Assembly: GCA_964016885.1 (NCBI GenBank)
Contig: OZ024748.1
Coordinates: 54,560,001 to 54,624,000, forward strand
Length of the DNA stretch: 64,000 nucleotides
Direction of reading: 5' to 3'
Origin: Eledone cirrhosa
Lineage: Eukaryota
Shown: positions 26,616-39,367 of the stretch, in pieces
Layout: each line of letters begins with the position of its first letter
Position numbering within the stretch: position 1 is the first letter of the stretch
The notes under the pieces: model-generated
Seen by the model: only the letters and a program-made list of their open reading frames with translations
The model's database searches: none
What the model was told of the DNA's origin: nothing
Position numbers and translations under genes: made by a program

Positions 26616-26962
26616 TATTATTATTATTTTGTTTAATCTCGTTTTCCCGTCACATTTATTTTCCGTGTTCTCACTTTCTGTTTGTGCTTTTTACCTTTTC
26701 GATAATGGTTACAAGTTCAATTATACTTTTTTACGTATATATATTCCAAATAAAAAAAATATCTCCTACAGAAATATGTTGAGTAAAATATGTTTAATTT
26801 GCATGTGTAGATAGAATCTGAAGCAAGAGAACGCTGTGGTAACCTGTATCACTGATTTAACTCGTATTACTTTAAAAATACAAATGCATTATTTTACAAC
26901 TCCTTCCTGATTACTACATATATTTCAAACATATTCTAAATGTGTGTCTGGATATATAATAA

Positions 26963-26996
<34 letters not shown>

Positions 26997-27024
26997 GAGA
27001 GACGGTTTTATTTTACATTTCGTT

Positions 27025-27091
27025 ATCTAGTTCGTTATACGTATTTCGAAGATCTAACCACCTTACACGTTCTCTTCAGACGAACCAAGAT
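27025..27091 (-). ncRNA. Type-I hammerhead ribozyme
   Basis: AUCUUGGUUCGU-CUGAAGA-GAA(19-nt loop)UUC-GAAA-UACGUA-UA-ACGAACUAGAU. About 11-bp stem I and a palindromic stem III. Confidence 0.85.
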
Positions 27092-27247
27092 GTAATTTTT
27101 CATTGATATGCTACTAGTCCGACGTATCGTTAACCTCGCCTTCCAGTATTCATATGACTAGATTCCTCTTGTAGCAGTTTTATTATGGGTCGGCAGATTT
27201 TGATTAACCAACTTTCTTCAACTGAGTAATATATATATATATATAAA

Positions 27248-27371
27248 CAAAGGGTGTGTGGTAAGATACCAGGTGGACCATAACGCACCAGAGTACTCAA
27301 TACTTAGGGTAGTAGATGGGTAATAGGAAAACGACCGGAGCTCAGCCATCGGGGTCCTGACTCTTTTCCTA
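27248..27371. mobile_element. TA-embedded hairpin element, copy with collapsed hairpin
   Basis: Same head as 15947. Only the outer ATAGGAAAA/TTTTCCTAT arms and part of the right arm remain. Confidence 0.75.
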
Positions 27372-27552
27372 TATATATATATGTGTGTTCAGTAAAAGGT
27401 GTTTTGGTAAAAAAACAAGAGTAAGCAGGAGAAAGCCCTCTACATTCGTAGTTACGATGAGATACAGTATAAGAATAACATTAAGAAAGATGCTGAGGTT
27501 ACATAAATCGTTTATTCATGAATAAACGATTTATGTAATCTCATCTTCTTTG

Positions 27553-27587
<35 letters not shown>

Positions 27588-28008
27588 TATTGGTGCTCTG
27601 AAATAGCGGTGTATACATGAATGTATGTATAGTATATTTGGCAATATATTGTATGTTTAAGTAAAAACATTTTGAAGACCATTCGCTATTAGTTTTAAAG
27701 TAGTGACTATGTCACTTACTTATTCTCGGCAAAAACAAGAGAGTGGTTTTAACATTTTTTTTAATGAAACATAGTGTATTGCCATATATATATATATTTT
27801 TTTTCTTCTTTCCCTCCTGATCGCTTTTGATGTCCTGTATTCAGCATCGAAACATCTATTTACAGCTGATAAAGGATTTCTTCTCTTGTTTCGTCCATAT
27901 TACCATCCTAAACTTTGTTTACAGCAACCACACAGCTCACTTCGTTTCTTATATATATATATGTCAATAAACTTTTTTAATGAGTGTTATTTGTTTCTCC
28001 TATTAATC

Positions 28009-28054
<46 letters not shown>

Positions 28055-28521
28055 TTAACTGACTAGAGTTGTGCAATCCACACTCCAACCAGTTAACAGT
28101 GATGCAAACAGGATTAAAACAGTCGATGACATGCATCTATCCAAGTTCGGCAGTCCAAGGACATCTGAAGTTCTGCATAAATTTATTCAGCTATTTTCCA
28201 TATTGCCCCGGGGTCGGTGATTAGATTATGTCATTACTACGTAACTACCAGCCCGAGTTCATCAGATAGCATTTTAGAGATAAAGATAAACAACTTTAGT
28301 AGTTTATCGATATGAGGGGCTGGAATAGAGCCTGTTCATATTTAGCTGAACGGCCCCTGTATCATACGGAGGCTAGATGTGAACATGCTCTAGGATCAAG
28401 AACTTATCACGAGCCTCGCTGTGGTAACAGAGAATAACCCCAGTAATTTAATAAATAAATACCATACTCTAATTTGCTATTGAGCACTTTTCCTTTCCTC
28501 TTATTTGTAAATCCAAATGCA

Positions 28522-28559
<38 letters not shown>

Positions 28560-28906
28560 CGTGGTTACGCGCGCACACACAAACACACATATATATATAA
28601 ACATCGTAAAGCAGGCAATTCTGTTCTGACATAAAAAAAATCCTATTATATTATGGTAGCTTTTCCCACGACTATAGTTCTCCGAAATCACCATTCCGCT
28701 TCTGTAATTAGGCTACTTAATTGCCCTTTTATCTAGTCAATAACATATTAACAGGCTCTGGCTGCGATCTTCAAGGATTGTTGTTGGTGAGCAATCTACA
28801 TCAGTGGATAAATCTGTGCTGCCTGCTGTATTATTGTTGTTGTTATTGTTGTGATAGTTATTGTGTTAAATGTTGTACACACACACACATAGACATACAC
28901 ACACAG

Positions 28907-28955
<49 letters not shown>

Positions 28956-29289
28956 GAATGGGAAAGTGTGAGAGAGGAACTAACAGAGTTGTTTATTTGT
29001 GTATGAGTTTATTGGTACGAAGGGCCGCATAGTTGTTTGTTTCGTTTAATAAACTCATACATATGTATGTGTCTAAAGATAATTGTGTTGATTCGTATAC
29101 ATACACCTACATACATACACACACACCTACATACGCACATACATAACTGGATGTGAATCATCGCTCCATCATATTTCTTTCTGTCGGGATTCGTATATTT
29201 CCATCCACACACACACACACACACACACACACATTCATGCCAACACCTTCCCTGAATTTATATATATATATATATATATATATTCCTAA

Positions 29290-30440
29290 AAATCATGCAA
29301 GCGAACATGAGCAAAACCACTGCAGACCCTCTTCCAAAGATCCCCTGCAAGTGGTAAACTACCCGGAAAACTAAAAGCTTCATGACTTCTTAAATGACAG
29401 AAGCCAGACAGTTGCAGCCAGCGGGGTCCTCTCAATGGAAACGTCAATAACAAGCGGCGTGCCCCAGGAAACTGTCTTGGGGCCACTACTGTTTGTGGTG
29501 GCTCTCTCAGACGTAGCCCTGTATTATACGGACAGCCTCCCTCACAAACTATGCTGATCACACGAAAGTAGCATAAGCAGTCAAGAAATCGGCTGATGCT
29601 ACTCTCTTACAACATGATTTAGATACCATATAAAGAAGGGCTGAAAACAACAATATGTAATTTAATGCAGGTAAGTTTCAAGCCCTCTACTATTAACCCA
29701 CAAATATAGGACCACCACAACAAAGGTACACTGGACCAAGAGGAATCGAAATCCCAGAGTCAAAATCAGTACAGGACCTGGATATTGACATGAGCAATGA
29801 TGCATCGTTTCATGCACACATCACCAAAATGGTGGCAATGTACAGACGGCAGTTAGGTTGGATTCTGAGGGCATTCAGGACAAGAGACTTAGAAACCTTG
29901 TTGGTCCCCTGGAGGACTTTTGTCCCCAGCCGACTGGACGATTGCTCTCAGTTGTAGTCGCACCACAGTGTCAAATTAGCTGCAGCACTTGAAGCAATCT
30001 AACGAAGCTACACCAAGAGTATTGCTTCAATGAAAGAGATGAGCTACTGGGAGATGGTTGTAACAAATTGAAGCTTTACTCTCTGGAGCGGAGACGGGAG
30101 AGAAACGCAGTGACATACATATGGAAGATCCTGGAAGGGTTAGCACCCAACTTCGGCAGTGAAAGCAGGACCAGCCCACGAATAGAACGTCACCCCGTAT
30201 TGCCAAACGTCTCATCCATCGCATCGAGAATAAGGACCACATACTGCAATAGACTGGGGTTCAAGGGACCCCAGCTTTTTAATAAGCAGCCAAAACATTC
30301 TGTGAGATTTACATGATGTGCATATAGATGTTTTCAAGAGACATCTCGACATTCTACTGACCAAGATCTCGGATGAACCCACAGCAGGAGGCGAAGCACA
30401 AATAAGAGCAGCAGCAAGTTCATCAACTGACAAAGTAGAG
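29290..30440 (+). pseudogene. CR1-group LINE ORF2 (reverse transcriptase) 3' fragment, decayed
   Basis: SGVP(Q)G/TVLGPLLF, NYADHTKV, LQHDLDTI..NNM*FNAGKFQ, GWILRAFRTRD, LKLYSLERRRER..TYIWKILEGLAPN. Many stops and frameshifts. Confidence 0.9.
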
Positions 30441-31095
30441 AGAGAACGGCGCGTCAGGGTTTAAACAAATAGTAAAACGGAAGAGAATAATAAGGAATGT
30501 AGTCTAACGTGTAAACAAAGTATTATGACTCTGAAGTGTAGAAAAGGTAAGAAAGTAGTATGACAGACTGGGCGGTGTGATATCTATTATATGATAGTTT
30601 CAGAAAAAAAAACCCCATGACTAAGAAAATAGAAAAAAAAATGGAAAGAATTCGCCACAACCGATACACTCATATTTAGGAGCAAAAATGAGGCAAAGTC
30701 ACCTCTATATCCTAGATCATGATGCTTTACTTAATGTTAAAGCAATTATTCTTGTTCAGGACCTAATTCGTCAACATATTCTTCCAACAGATTATTCTAA
30801 GCAATCACAGTAGCCCGAACATTACATAATATTATGCTCCCTTCAACATATACAAGTTCTAAACGTGAATTGCCACATATTCTTTTTAAATACCACTCAC
30901 ATTTAAACATTTTAGCATTGTTCAATTAACAACGAATTAGATAGTCTAAACTCTGCGTGAGAGTGTGTAAGTGTGCATAAATGTTTTAACATGACAGTAG
31001 TAGGTTAGAATGCCTATACACGACCCATCTGCCCTCAAATAACTTCGTAACAATTTTTAAATATCTACTGAATATCTTTAACGGTAATTAACAAA

Positions 31096-31350
31096 TGCGT
31101 GGCTTAGTGGTTAGATAATTGGATTCACAATCGTGTGCTTGCAAGTTCGATTCCCGGACCGGGTGATGCGTTACATCCTTGAGTAAAATACTTTTTTTCA
31201 CATTGCTCTTTCTACCAGGATTTGTGACAAGTAGATAGTTTCAGTGATGGAAAAACCAATGGAAACATTGTTTTTTTTTGTTCCGATTTGACGAGTTCCA
31301 CCCCACACGATAAGCGTGTTTGGTCTGAGATCTTGTCAATGGTTTCGATC
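31096..31350 (+). mobile_element. SINE family B
   Basis: TGCGTGGCTTAGTGGTTAG...AAGTTCGATTCCCGGACC. Colinear with 42023-42240. Confidence 0.8.
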
Positions 31351-31605
31351 GATCGCACAATCTCCTAATTTCATAAGGACAGTACACGAATTCTTTCGTA
31401 ATTATTAATACCCTTAAGTTTTGTAAAGTTTTAACTTAAAAAAAATGAATATAATTCCATTATTTGAAAACTGAAAACAATTATTTAGCATCGCTTGAGA
31501 ACGACTCCATAATTCAATTATTAAAAAAGAAATCTTTGAAGATAAATTATTAGTATTTTATGTTTGAACCTTTGTTTGACATATAAATGATTCTTAACTC
31601 TATAC

Positions 31606-31990
31606 CAGAGTTTTCCAAACTGTGTTACATTTTGTGTCATCTCAGGTGTGTCTTGAAATAGAGTCGCTGAAACTCTCTAGGTGTGTCTTGAAATAGAGTC
31701 GCTGAAAATCTCTAGGTGTGTCTTGAAATAGAGTAGCTGAAACTCTCTAGGTGTGTCTTGAAATCGAGTCGCTGAAAATCTCTAGGTGTGTCTTGAAATA
31801 GAGTCGCTGAAAATCTCTAGGTGTGTCATGAAACAGAGTCGCCGAAATTCCCTTAGTGGGTCATGAAATTGTGTCACCTATAATCTCTAGGTCTGTCATG
31901 AAATTAAATAAAATCGCATCAGATTTTCCGAGAATTTGACTAGGAAAGTATATTTAAGGTAGGAAAAGCTGTATAGAGTTAGAAACCCTG
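31606..31990. mobile_element. hAT-type MITE carrying ~7 internal 35-bp tandem repeats (31642-31905)
   Basis: Ends CAGAGTTTTCCAAACT / AGTTAGAAACCCTG. Internal unit TCTAGGTGTGTCTTGAAATAGAGTCGCTGAAAMTC. Confidence 0.7.
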
Positions 31991-32079
31991 ATATGACGAT
32001 TAATTATTTAATTATTAATTTCGTATCTCTAATGCAGCTTAATTAATGTCTTTCGAAATTCTTTATTTCTCTAAAGTGT

Positions 32080-33005
32080 GTCGCTCAAGAAACATCCTAT
32101 GAGATACAAAGCAGTAAAACACCAACTAAACCAACATCTGGGTGAGCTGTTATAATAACATAACATTGGAGCCCCTAACACCAAAAGAACATCCTGAAAA
32201 CTTTCCGTTGTGATACAAACTCGTAAGAGGTCAGCTAGACATGCATTGGTATAAACTATAAGTACATATGATTAGGGCCCCTATCATTAAAACACCCAAG
32301 AACCCTCCTCTGCGTTTCAACCTCGTAGGAAGGACATCTAAACCTGGATAGGTAAACGCTGTAGCCACAACATATGGCTGAGGCTTCTATCGTTAAAATA
32401 CGAGAAAACTCCTGTGTGATGCAATCTAATAGGATTTCGACTAGACTGCTATAGGCTCGAGCTGTTACATATGACTGAGGCTCATCGTTAAAATGCCCAA
32501 GAAGCCACCCACAAGAGGGGAACCTCATAAGCTTCTACAAAATATGTGCGAGCTGTAGCAACAACATGATAGGACGTGGCCGTTATCATTAGAACACCCA
32601 AGAATCCTCCTATAAGAAGGAAACTCATAGGAGGCCTGCTGAACCTGCTACGTGTGAGCTGTAACAACGTGAGAGGAATGGGGCCACTATCATTAAAATA
32701 CTCGAAAATCACCAATGAGATACCGCCCCATAAAAGGCCAGCTAAACCTACAAAGATGTGAGCAGTAACATGACAGGACTGGTGGCCTATATCATTAAAA
32801 CATCCAACAAATCTCCTATGTGATGCAGCCGCATAACAGATCAGCTAAATCTGCATAAGCTGTGAGATGTAACAACGACATAATAGGACTGGGAGCCCCA
32901 ACCCAATCATTAAACAACCCAGAAACCAGTGAGATACAACCTCGTTTGAGGCTATCTAAATTTGCATAGGTGTGAGCTCTAAATTTCATTTAATTTTTTT
33001 TTCAT
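32080..33005. repeat. Old degenerate ~102-bp tandem repeat (~9 units)
   Basis: Recurring ATCATTAAAACACCCAAGAA..CTCCT..GATACAACCTCRTAGGAGG..CTAAACCTG..GTGAGCTGTAAC..ATAGGACTG at ~100-bp spacing. Confidence 0.75.
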
Positions 33006-33218
33006 ATCGCCATGTGACCATCCCACCTACGCCGCTTCAGAAGTCACGTTTTTTTTCAACTACTTCTTTGTTGTATGTATGGCCAAGTATAGAGAAGAAG
33101 AATTAATAGAGTTCCTGCAATGTTTGGCAATCTCCCATAGGAGAAAAACAAAACTTACATTTGTAACATTCGACCTTTCTACTACACACACTCACATGTG
33201 TATATGAGTTTATATATA

Positions 33219-33275
<57 letters not shown>

Positions 33276-33298
33276 AAGTGAGTATGTGTATATATATA

Positions 33299-33348
<50 letters not shown>

Positions 33349-33653
33349 AGTGACTATATGTGTATATATATATATATATATGTATGAGTGACTATATGTG
33401 TATATATATATATATGTATGAGTGACTATATGTGTATATATATATATATATATGTATGAGTGACTATATGTGTATATATATTTATATATATGTATGTGTG
33501 AGTGACTATATGTGTATATATATTTATATATATATATGTGTGAGTATATGTGTGTATATATATATATGTGTGTGTGTGTGTAAGTACGTGTGTATATATT
33601 TATATATATATATATGTGTTCAAATATATGTATGTATTATACCTGTTTATGTG

Positions 33654-33696
<43 letters not shown>

Positions 33697-33802
33697 CTGT
33701 ATATATGTGTGTGTGTATGTGTGTAAGTACGTGTGTATATATTTATATATATATATGTATATGTGTGTGTTCAAATATATGTATGTATTATATCTGTTTA
33801 TA

Positions 33803-33842
<40 letters not shown>

Positions 33843-34074
33843 TGTATATGTGTGTATATATGCTGATATTTTCTATTACCAGGACACTGTATAAGCACTG
33901 ATTGTTTTAACTACATTATTATGACACCCACGACAACTCCGCTCCCCCAAATAACAAAAGTGACTCCATTTTCCTCTTTATTTAAATGCTTACACTAAAT
34001 TAATAGTTCAGTCGTATACATATAGATGACACCTTCATAGAACCAAGCACATACATCTGCGCGCGCGCACACAC

Positions 34075-34184
<110 letters not shown>

Positions 34185-34377
34185 CTATATGCACACACAT
34201 TCTCACACATACACACCTATGTATGGCTATCCATAAGAGTGATTATATCTTAATTTATATATACGCATACATATATGTTTGTAAGCATCTCTTCCTAGAT
34301 ATGTTGCCTGTCTCTATACATAATCTGTCAAACTCATAGACACATTCGCATCTACATACCATACATATATAATTACG

Positions 34378-34417
<40 letters not shown>

Positions 34418-34489
34418 CGCTTATCTCTCTCTGCGTTCTCTCTCTCTATTCTCTCTCCCCCCTCTCTCTCTTTCTCTCTCTCTCTTTCT

Positions 34490-34521
<32 letters not shown>

Positions 34522-34551
34522 ATTACCAATGTATATATATATATATAATTA

Positions 34552-34598
<47 letters not shown>

Positions 34599-35204
34599 TA
34601 TATAATTACCAATGTATATATATATATATATAATTACGCATGAATGTATACATTTATATATATATATATATATTCATTGGCATAATTACATTTATGTGTC
34701 TGTATGTGCATTTCTATATATACACACACACACACATACACATACACACACTCACACACACTTTTAGTCTGCCACGTTCACATATTTCCAAATTAGTACC
34801 AATGACATTTCGTCTATCTATTTAAATAGGAACATCTCCAGTGCCCTGTTACTTACTAGTCGACTAATTGCTACTGACATTTCCAAGTAAAAGATCACTA
34901 AACGTCTATTGAACCAGAGTAACCTCCCCTACCACCATCTGCCCACTCACTTACCACCACCACCACTACCACCACCATCTCTGTCACCATTACCACCACC
35001 ACCATTACCACTGTTACCATCATCACGACACCATTATCAAACCACTAACGCTACCACCACCACCACCACCACCACCACCACTATCTCTGTCACCATTACC
35101 ACGACACAACACCACTGTTACTATTACCACGACACAACACCATTATCAAACCTATACTACTGCCATCACCATCTACACCACTACTGTCAACACTACCATC
35201 ACTA

Positions 35205-35583
35205 CCATTATCAAACCACTAACACTACCATCACTACCATTATCAAACCACTAACACTACCATCACCACCATTATCAAACCACTAACACTACCATCACCA
35301 CCATTATGAAACCACTAACACTACCATTATCAAACCACTAACACTACCATCGCCACCATTATCAAACCACTAACACTACCATCGCCACCATTATCAAACC
35401 ACTAACACTACCATCACTACCATTATGAAACCACTAACACTACCATTATCAAACCACTAACACTACCATCGCCACCATTATCAAACCACTAACACTACCA
35501 TCACCACCATTATCAAACCACTAACACTACCATCACCACCATTATCAAACCACTAACACTACCATCACCACCATTATCAAACC
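35205..35583. repeat. 32-bp minisatellite CCATTATCAAACCACTAACACTACCATCACCA (with 23-bp variants)
   Basis: About 12 tandem units. Confidence 0.92.
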
Positions 35584-35649
35584 ACACCCCACACCCACTA
35601 CTCAATGTCAAGGAATAAACAATGACTGAAGATATATATATATATATAT

Positions 35650-35905
35650 AGCTTTCACCGTATTTTTTGATTAAAGAAATTTTAGTCTGATAATGGGGTT
35701 TAGAACCCTCAGATAAATGGAAAAAGATGAGTATTGACGTACATGGGAGTCGAACCCACATCTTTAGTTATCCAGATCGTCTGGATAACCAAGATGTGGG
35801 TTCGACTCCCATGTACGTCAATACTGATATTTTTCCATTTATCTGAGGGTTCTAAACCCCATTATCAGACTAAAATTTCTTTAATAAAAAAATACGGTGA
35901 AAGTT
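35650..35905. repeat. ~255-bp near-perfect palindrome with tRNA-like 3' halves at its centre
   Basis: Arms of ~125 bp around a TCG loop (35777-35779). Each arm carries GTGGGTTCGACTCCCA (T-arm/B box). Confidence 0.9.
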
Positions 35906-36379
35906 ATTCTATTTTCTAATTTCAAACCTGCTCACTGTTTCAAAACATACTTACTTGTCATATATATATATATATATATAAAACATGAGAAGAAAGAAGA
36001 ATACTGCGTGGTTTGCACATGGCTTACATATGATAAAAATAGTCCTTCGTCAGTGATTTTCCAACCATCATTGGTATTTCATCGCATTATATATATATAT
36101 ACGCACACGCACACACGCACACGCACACGCACACGCACACGCACACGCACACGCACACGCACACGCGCACACACACACACATAAAAAGAAACTTCTTTCA
36201 TTTGTCTTTTCTGAAATTTCCTTCGTCATTATTTCTTTTTTTTTTTACATTTTTATAGTTCTTTTATGTCTTCTTTTATCATTGTTGTTGTTGTTTTGGA
36301 GTATGGTTGGTCAGTTTCCTCGTTTGTAAGAACCTGATATAGTACAGTATAGCAATGACAATAACCACACTCGATCCCT

Positions 36380-36580
36380 AAATATCCAGAGGTCAACCAC
36401 GAGCAAAATGGTTGGGTAAAATCCATGAGCTCTGTTGGTCTCGCTTGGGTCTTCAGCCTGATCAATTGGAGACTATTGCCTCTGACAAAGGACGGTTGAC
36501 AGGCGCACCTGAGGACTCTGCCCCCCCCCCCCCCCCCCCCATCACGACCCTTCCAGGAATAAGTGAGCGATGATGATGAT
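36380..36580 (+). pseudogene. RTE-clade LINE 3' end
   Basis: PRGQPRAKWLGKIHELCWSRLGLQPDQLETIASDKGR*QAHLRTLPP resembles the RTE/Rex3 C-terminus. Ends in a (GAT)n tail. Confidence 0.75.
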
Positions 36581-36867
36581 CCTGTAGGATACACTGGCAG
36601 CTCTAACAAACCAGATAGTATTGTGGCTGATTAGGGAGCTGGGGTCTCTATCGTGAGTTCCTGATTTCGAGTACCAGCACTTCATTTCACGTTGTTTCAT
36701 TTCACTCATTTGAGAAAGAGATAGAGAAAATCCACACCAGTACTGAACTGGTACTTTTTTTATTGACCTCAAAATAATGAAAGGTAAAGGTGATCTAGAA
36801 GGCATTTGAAATCGGTGTAGGGAACGAATATTGCAAGGCATTCTAGCCGACATTCTAACTCACCTTA

Positions 36868-36935
<68 letters not shown>

Positions 36936-37380
36936 TATTAATTTAACAATGAAAAGAATAACAAAGTCAAGTTATTTTACCTATTATTATCATTGGTTTA
37001 CGATCGTTTCGAATGTTGATCATATTGACATATTGACTGATCTATAGCAGTTATATATACTGTCAGACATCATATATAGGTTTCATCAAACCGTCTTCTT
37101 CGGAAACAATGTTTTCATTGTTAAATTAATATCTAATATCAGACACTGTATCTAAGGGATTAACTCAGCGGAAGACGGAACCTTTCTATGGATTTCACTG
37201 GATTACTCGCTATCGGATTACATTGAGTTCTATCTACGGTACGGACCCTACCACGAAGGGTAGACAACATTGAAAGTATATATATATATATATTTAAAAG
37301 GTAAACAGAAATAACAACACAATCGGTACTGTATATTGAAGGAATATATTAGGTTAACGTTTGAAATAGCAGGAAGAGGG

Positions 37381-37416
37381 TCTTAACGTTTCGGACGCTA
37401 GTCCTTCACCAGAAGA
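37381..37416 (-). ncRNA. Minimal hammerhead, core-mutated (CUGGUGA), within a PLE terminus homologous to 18622-18750
   Basis: UCUU-CUGGUGA-A-GGAC(UAGC)GUCC-GAAAC-GUU-AAGA. Confidence 0.7.
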
Positions 37417-37694
37417 TAGATTGAGGGGACGGGTGGGTTGGAATTGGAAAAAATGTCTTTAGATAAAAATAACAGGTCCACTCATGTTGACATCTCTTGG
37501 AAAACTGTTGAATAAGTTAAATATTTACACTTTTCAAATATTTACGACTGGATACATAAGAACATGGATTTCTATATTATATATAATAATTCTGAAAATT
37601 TCTCTGCAAAGGAATTAAATGCTACATCTTTTGTAGTTGAATGAAACATGTAAATCAAATAATGTATTAATTATTAATGTATTAAACCTTGGTG

Positions 37695-37732
<38 letters not shown>

Positions 37733-37880
37733 ATTATGTGAGTAACTTGTGGTTACTAGCGGCGACGCTGGTCGAAGCACTCGATGCTGTTAGGGCCTGT
37801 CTCTGGTTGGGCTGTGCTTCAGGTTTAAGGCGGCTGAAGTTTGCAGAGTGTGTATATATATAGAGAGAGACACAATGTAT

Positions 37881-38262
37881 ACCATATTTCCCGGCGTCTA
37901 AAACGCTACTTTTTCCCTAAAAATAAGTCTAAAAAAATAAGTCTGCCATGCGTCCTGGAGGCCGAAGTTGTTTATTATTTTTTTTTTAAAGGGTGGTGGA
38001 TTGGCAGTCTCGGTCGAGCGTCAGACATCATATTTTGCAGCATAGAGTTATGGCTTTTTACGTTCTGAGTTCAAATCCCGCCGAGGTTAACTTTGCCTTT
38101 CATCCTTACGGGGTCGATAAAATAAAGCACCAGTAATACACTGGGGTAATTGCTGAACTTGTGTCAAAAGTAGAAACAATTTTTTTTCTTCAAATTTTGG
38201 GTTTGTCAAAATTAGGGTTGCGTCCTCGAGGACGAAGCGTCTTCGGCGCCGGGAAATACAGT
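37881..38262. mobile_element. pogo/Tigger-like MITE interrupted by a family A SINE (37990-38181, +)
   Basis: TA-CCATATTTCCCGGCGTC ... GGCGCCGGGAAATACAG-TA. An uninterrupted copy lies at 54504-54675. Confidence 0.85.
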
Positions 38263-38263
38263 A

Positions 38264-38307
<44 letters not shown>

Positions 38308-38483
38308 AAAGTTCTATTTAAAATTGTTGGGATACAACAAGTAAATATTTTATAACTGATATAAAGCACTCGACAAGTTTTTGGAGTAGACATACGATAT
38401 TAATAAATGGAAACTATATTTATAAAACCATATTTATTTCATATATATGGTTTTATAAATATAGTTTCCATTTATTAATATCG

Positions 38484-38524
<41 letters not shown>

Positions 38525-38984
38525 ATGTATATATAATGACTTCTACAGGACTAGAACTGTTTCATTTGTATGAAATCATCAGGAACGTCCATTCCCAATA
38601 TGTTCAGTTTCCGTGTTTAAATGGAGATTGTCCACTCATGCCTCCACCTTTTCAATGTACTTCAAGACATTACAATAGCTTCACTTAGCTAGAGTATGTT
38701 TTCAGTGTTTCGTGTTTGAAATATATACTAACGTTTCATATGGTATCTGCTAATGTGTCATGTTATGTTATAAGGTCACAATTTATGTCAGCTATTGTGT
38801 GTCGCCTGCAAGGTTTCTAACGTTGTTTTGAAGCCATAGTCTTCATTAATTCATTATTAGTTACTGTTCAGTAGAATATCGAGTTTGTTTATTATGTAAC
38901 AATTAACGACTGACTGATCCCAGTGTTAATAAAAATTCATCAGATTTTCCCTTTAGATTTTACAACACTTAGAATATTATTATT

Positions 38985-39105
38985 TGGATTGGCAGTAACG
39001 GCAGAGCGTTGGACACCATGCTTCATAGCACAGAGTTACGGCCCTGTGCGTTCTGAATTCAAATCCCAGCGAGGTTAGCTTTGCCGATAAAATAAAGTAC
39101 CAGGA
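38985..39105 (+). mobile_element. Family A SINE, internally deleted
   Basis: GGATTGGCAGTAACGG...GAATTCAAATCCC...GATAAAATAAAGTACCAG. Confidence 0.8.
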
Positions 39106-39312
39106 AGCAGATTAAATTGACATTCACTTCAAATTTTATATATATATATATATATATATAGAGAGATTTTGAGTTTATGTTGGTTGTATACCAACACCTC
39201 AGTATGCAGGCTGGAGCACTCGACGAAGTGCGCAGGTTGGTTTGGTTACTCCGGAGTAGTGTAAAATAAAGTTAAATAAAAGTCAAATGATTAAAATTTA
39301 GCTTCGTTTATT

Positions 39313-39367
39313 ACTGCTATATATATTTCAGTGACAGCCATCTTTGGCTGTGACCTCTTCAGGCAGT
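39313..39367 (-). ncRNA. Type-I hammerhead ribozyme (intact core)
   Basis: ACUGC-CUGAAGA-GGUCACAGCCA(AAGA)UGGCUGUCACU-GAAA-UAUAUA-UA-GCAGU, followed by AAUAAA. Confidence 0.85.

Noticed and set aside
35780-35820. Functional tRNA gene
   Set aside because: Only the T-arm/3' half is present, with no D-arm or acceptor-stem pairing. The SINE heads elsewhere are likewise not true tRNAs.
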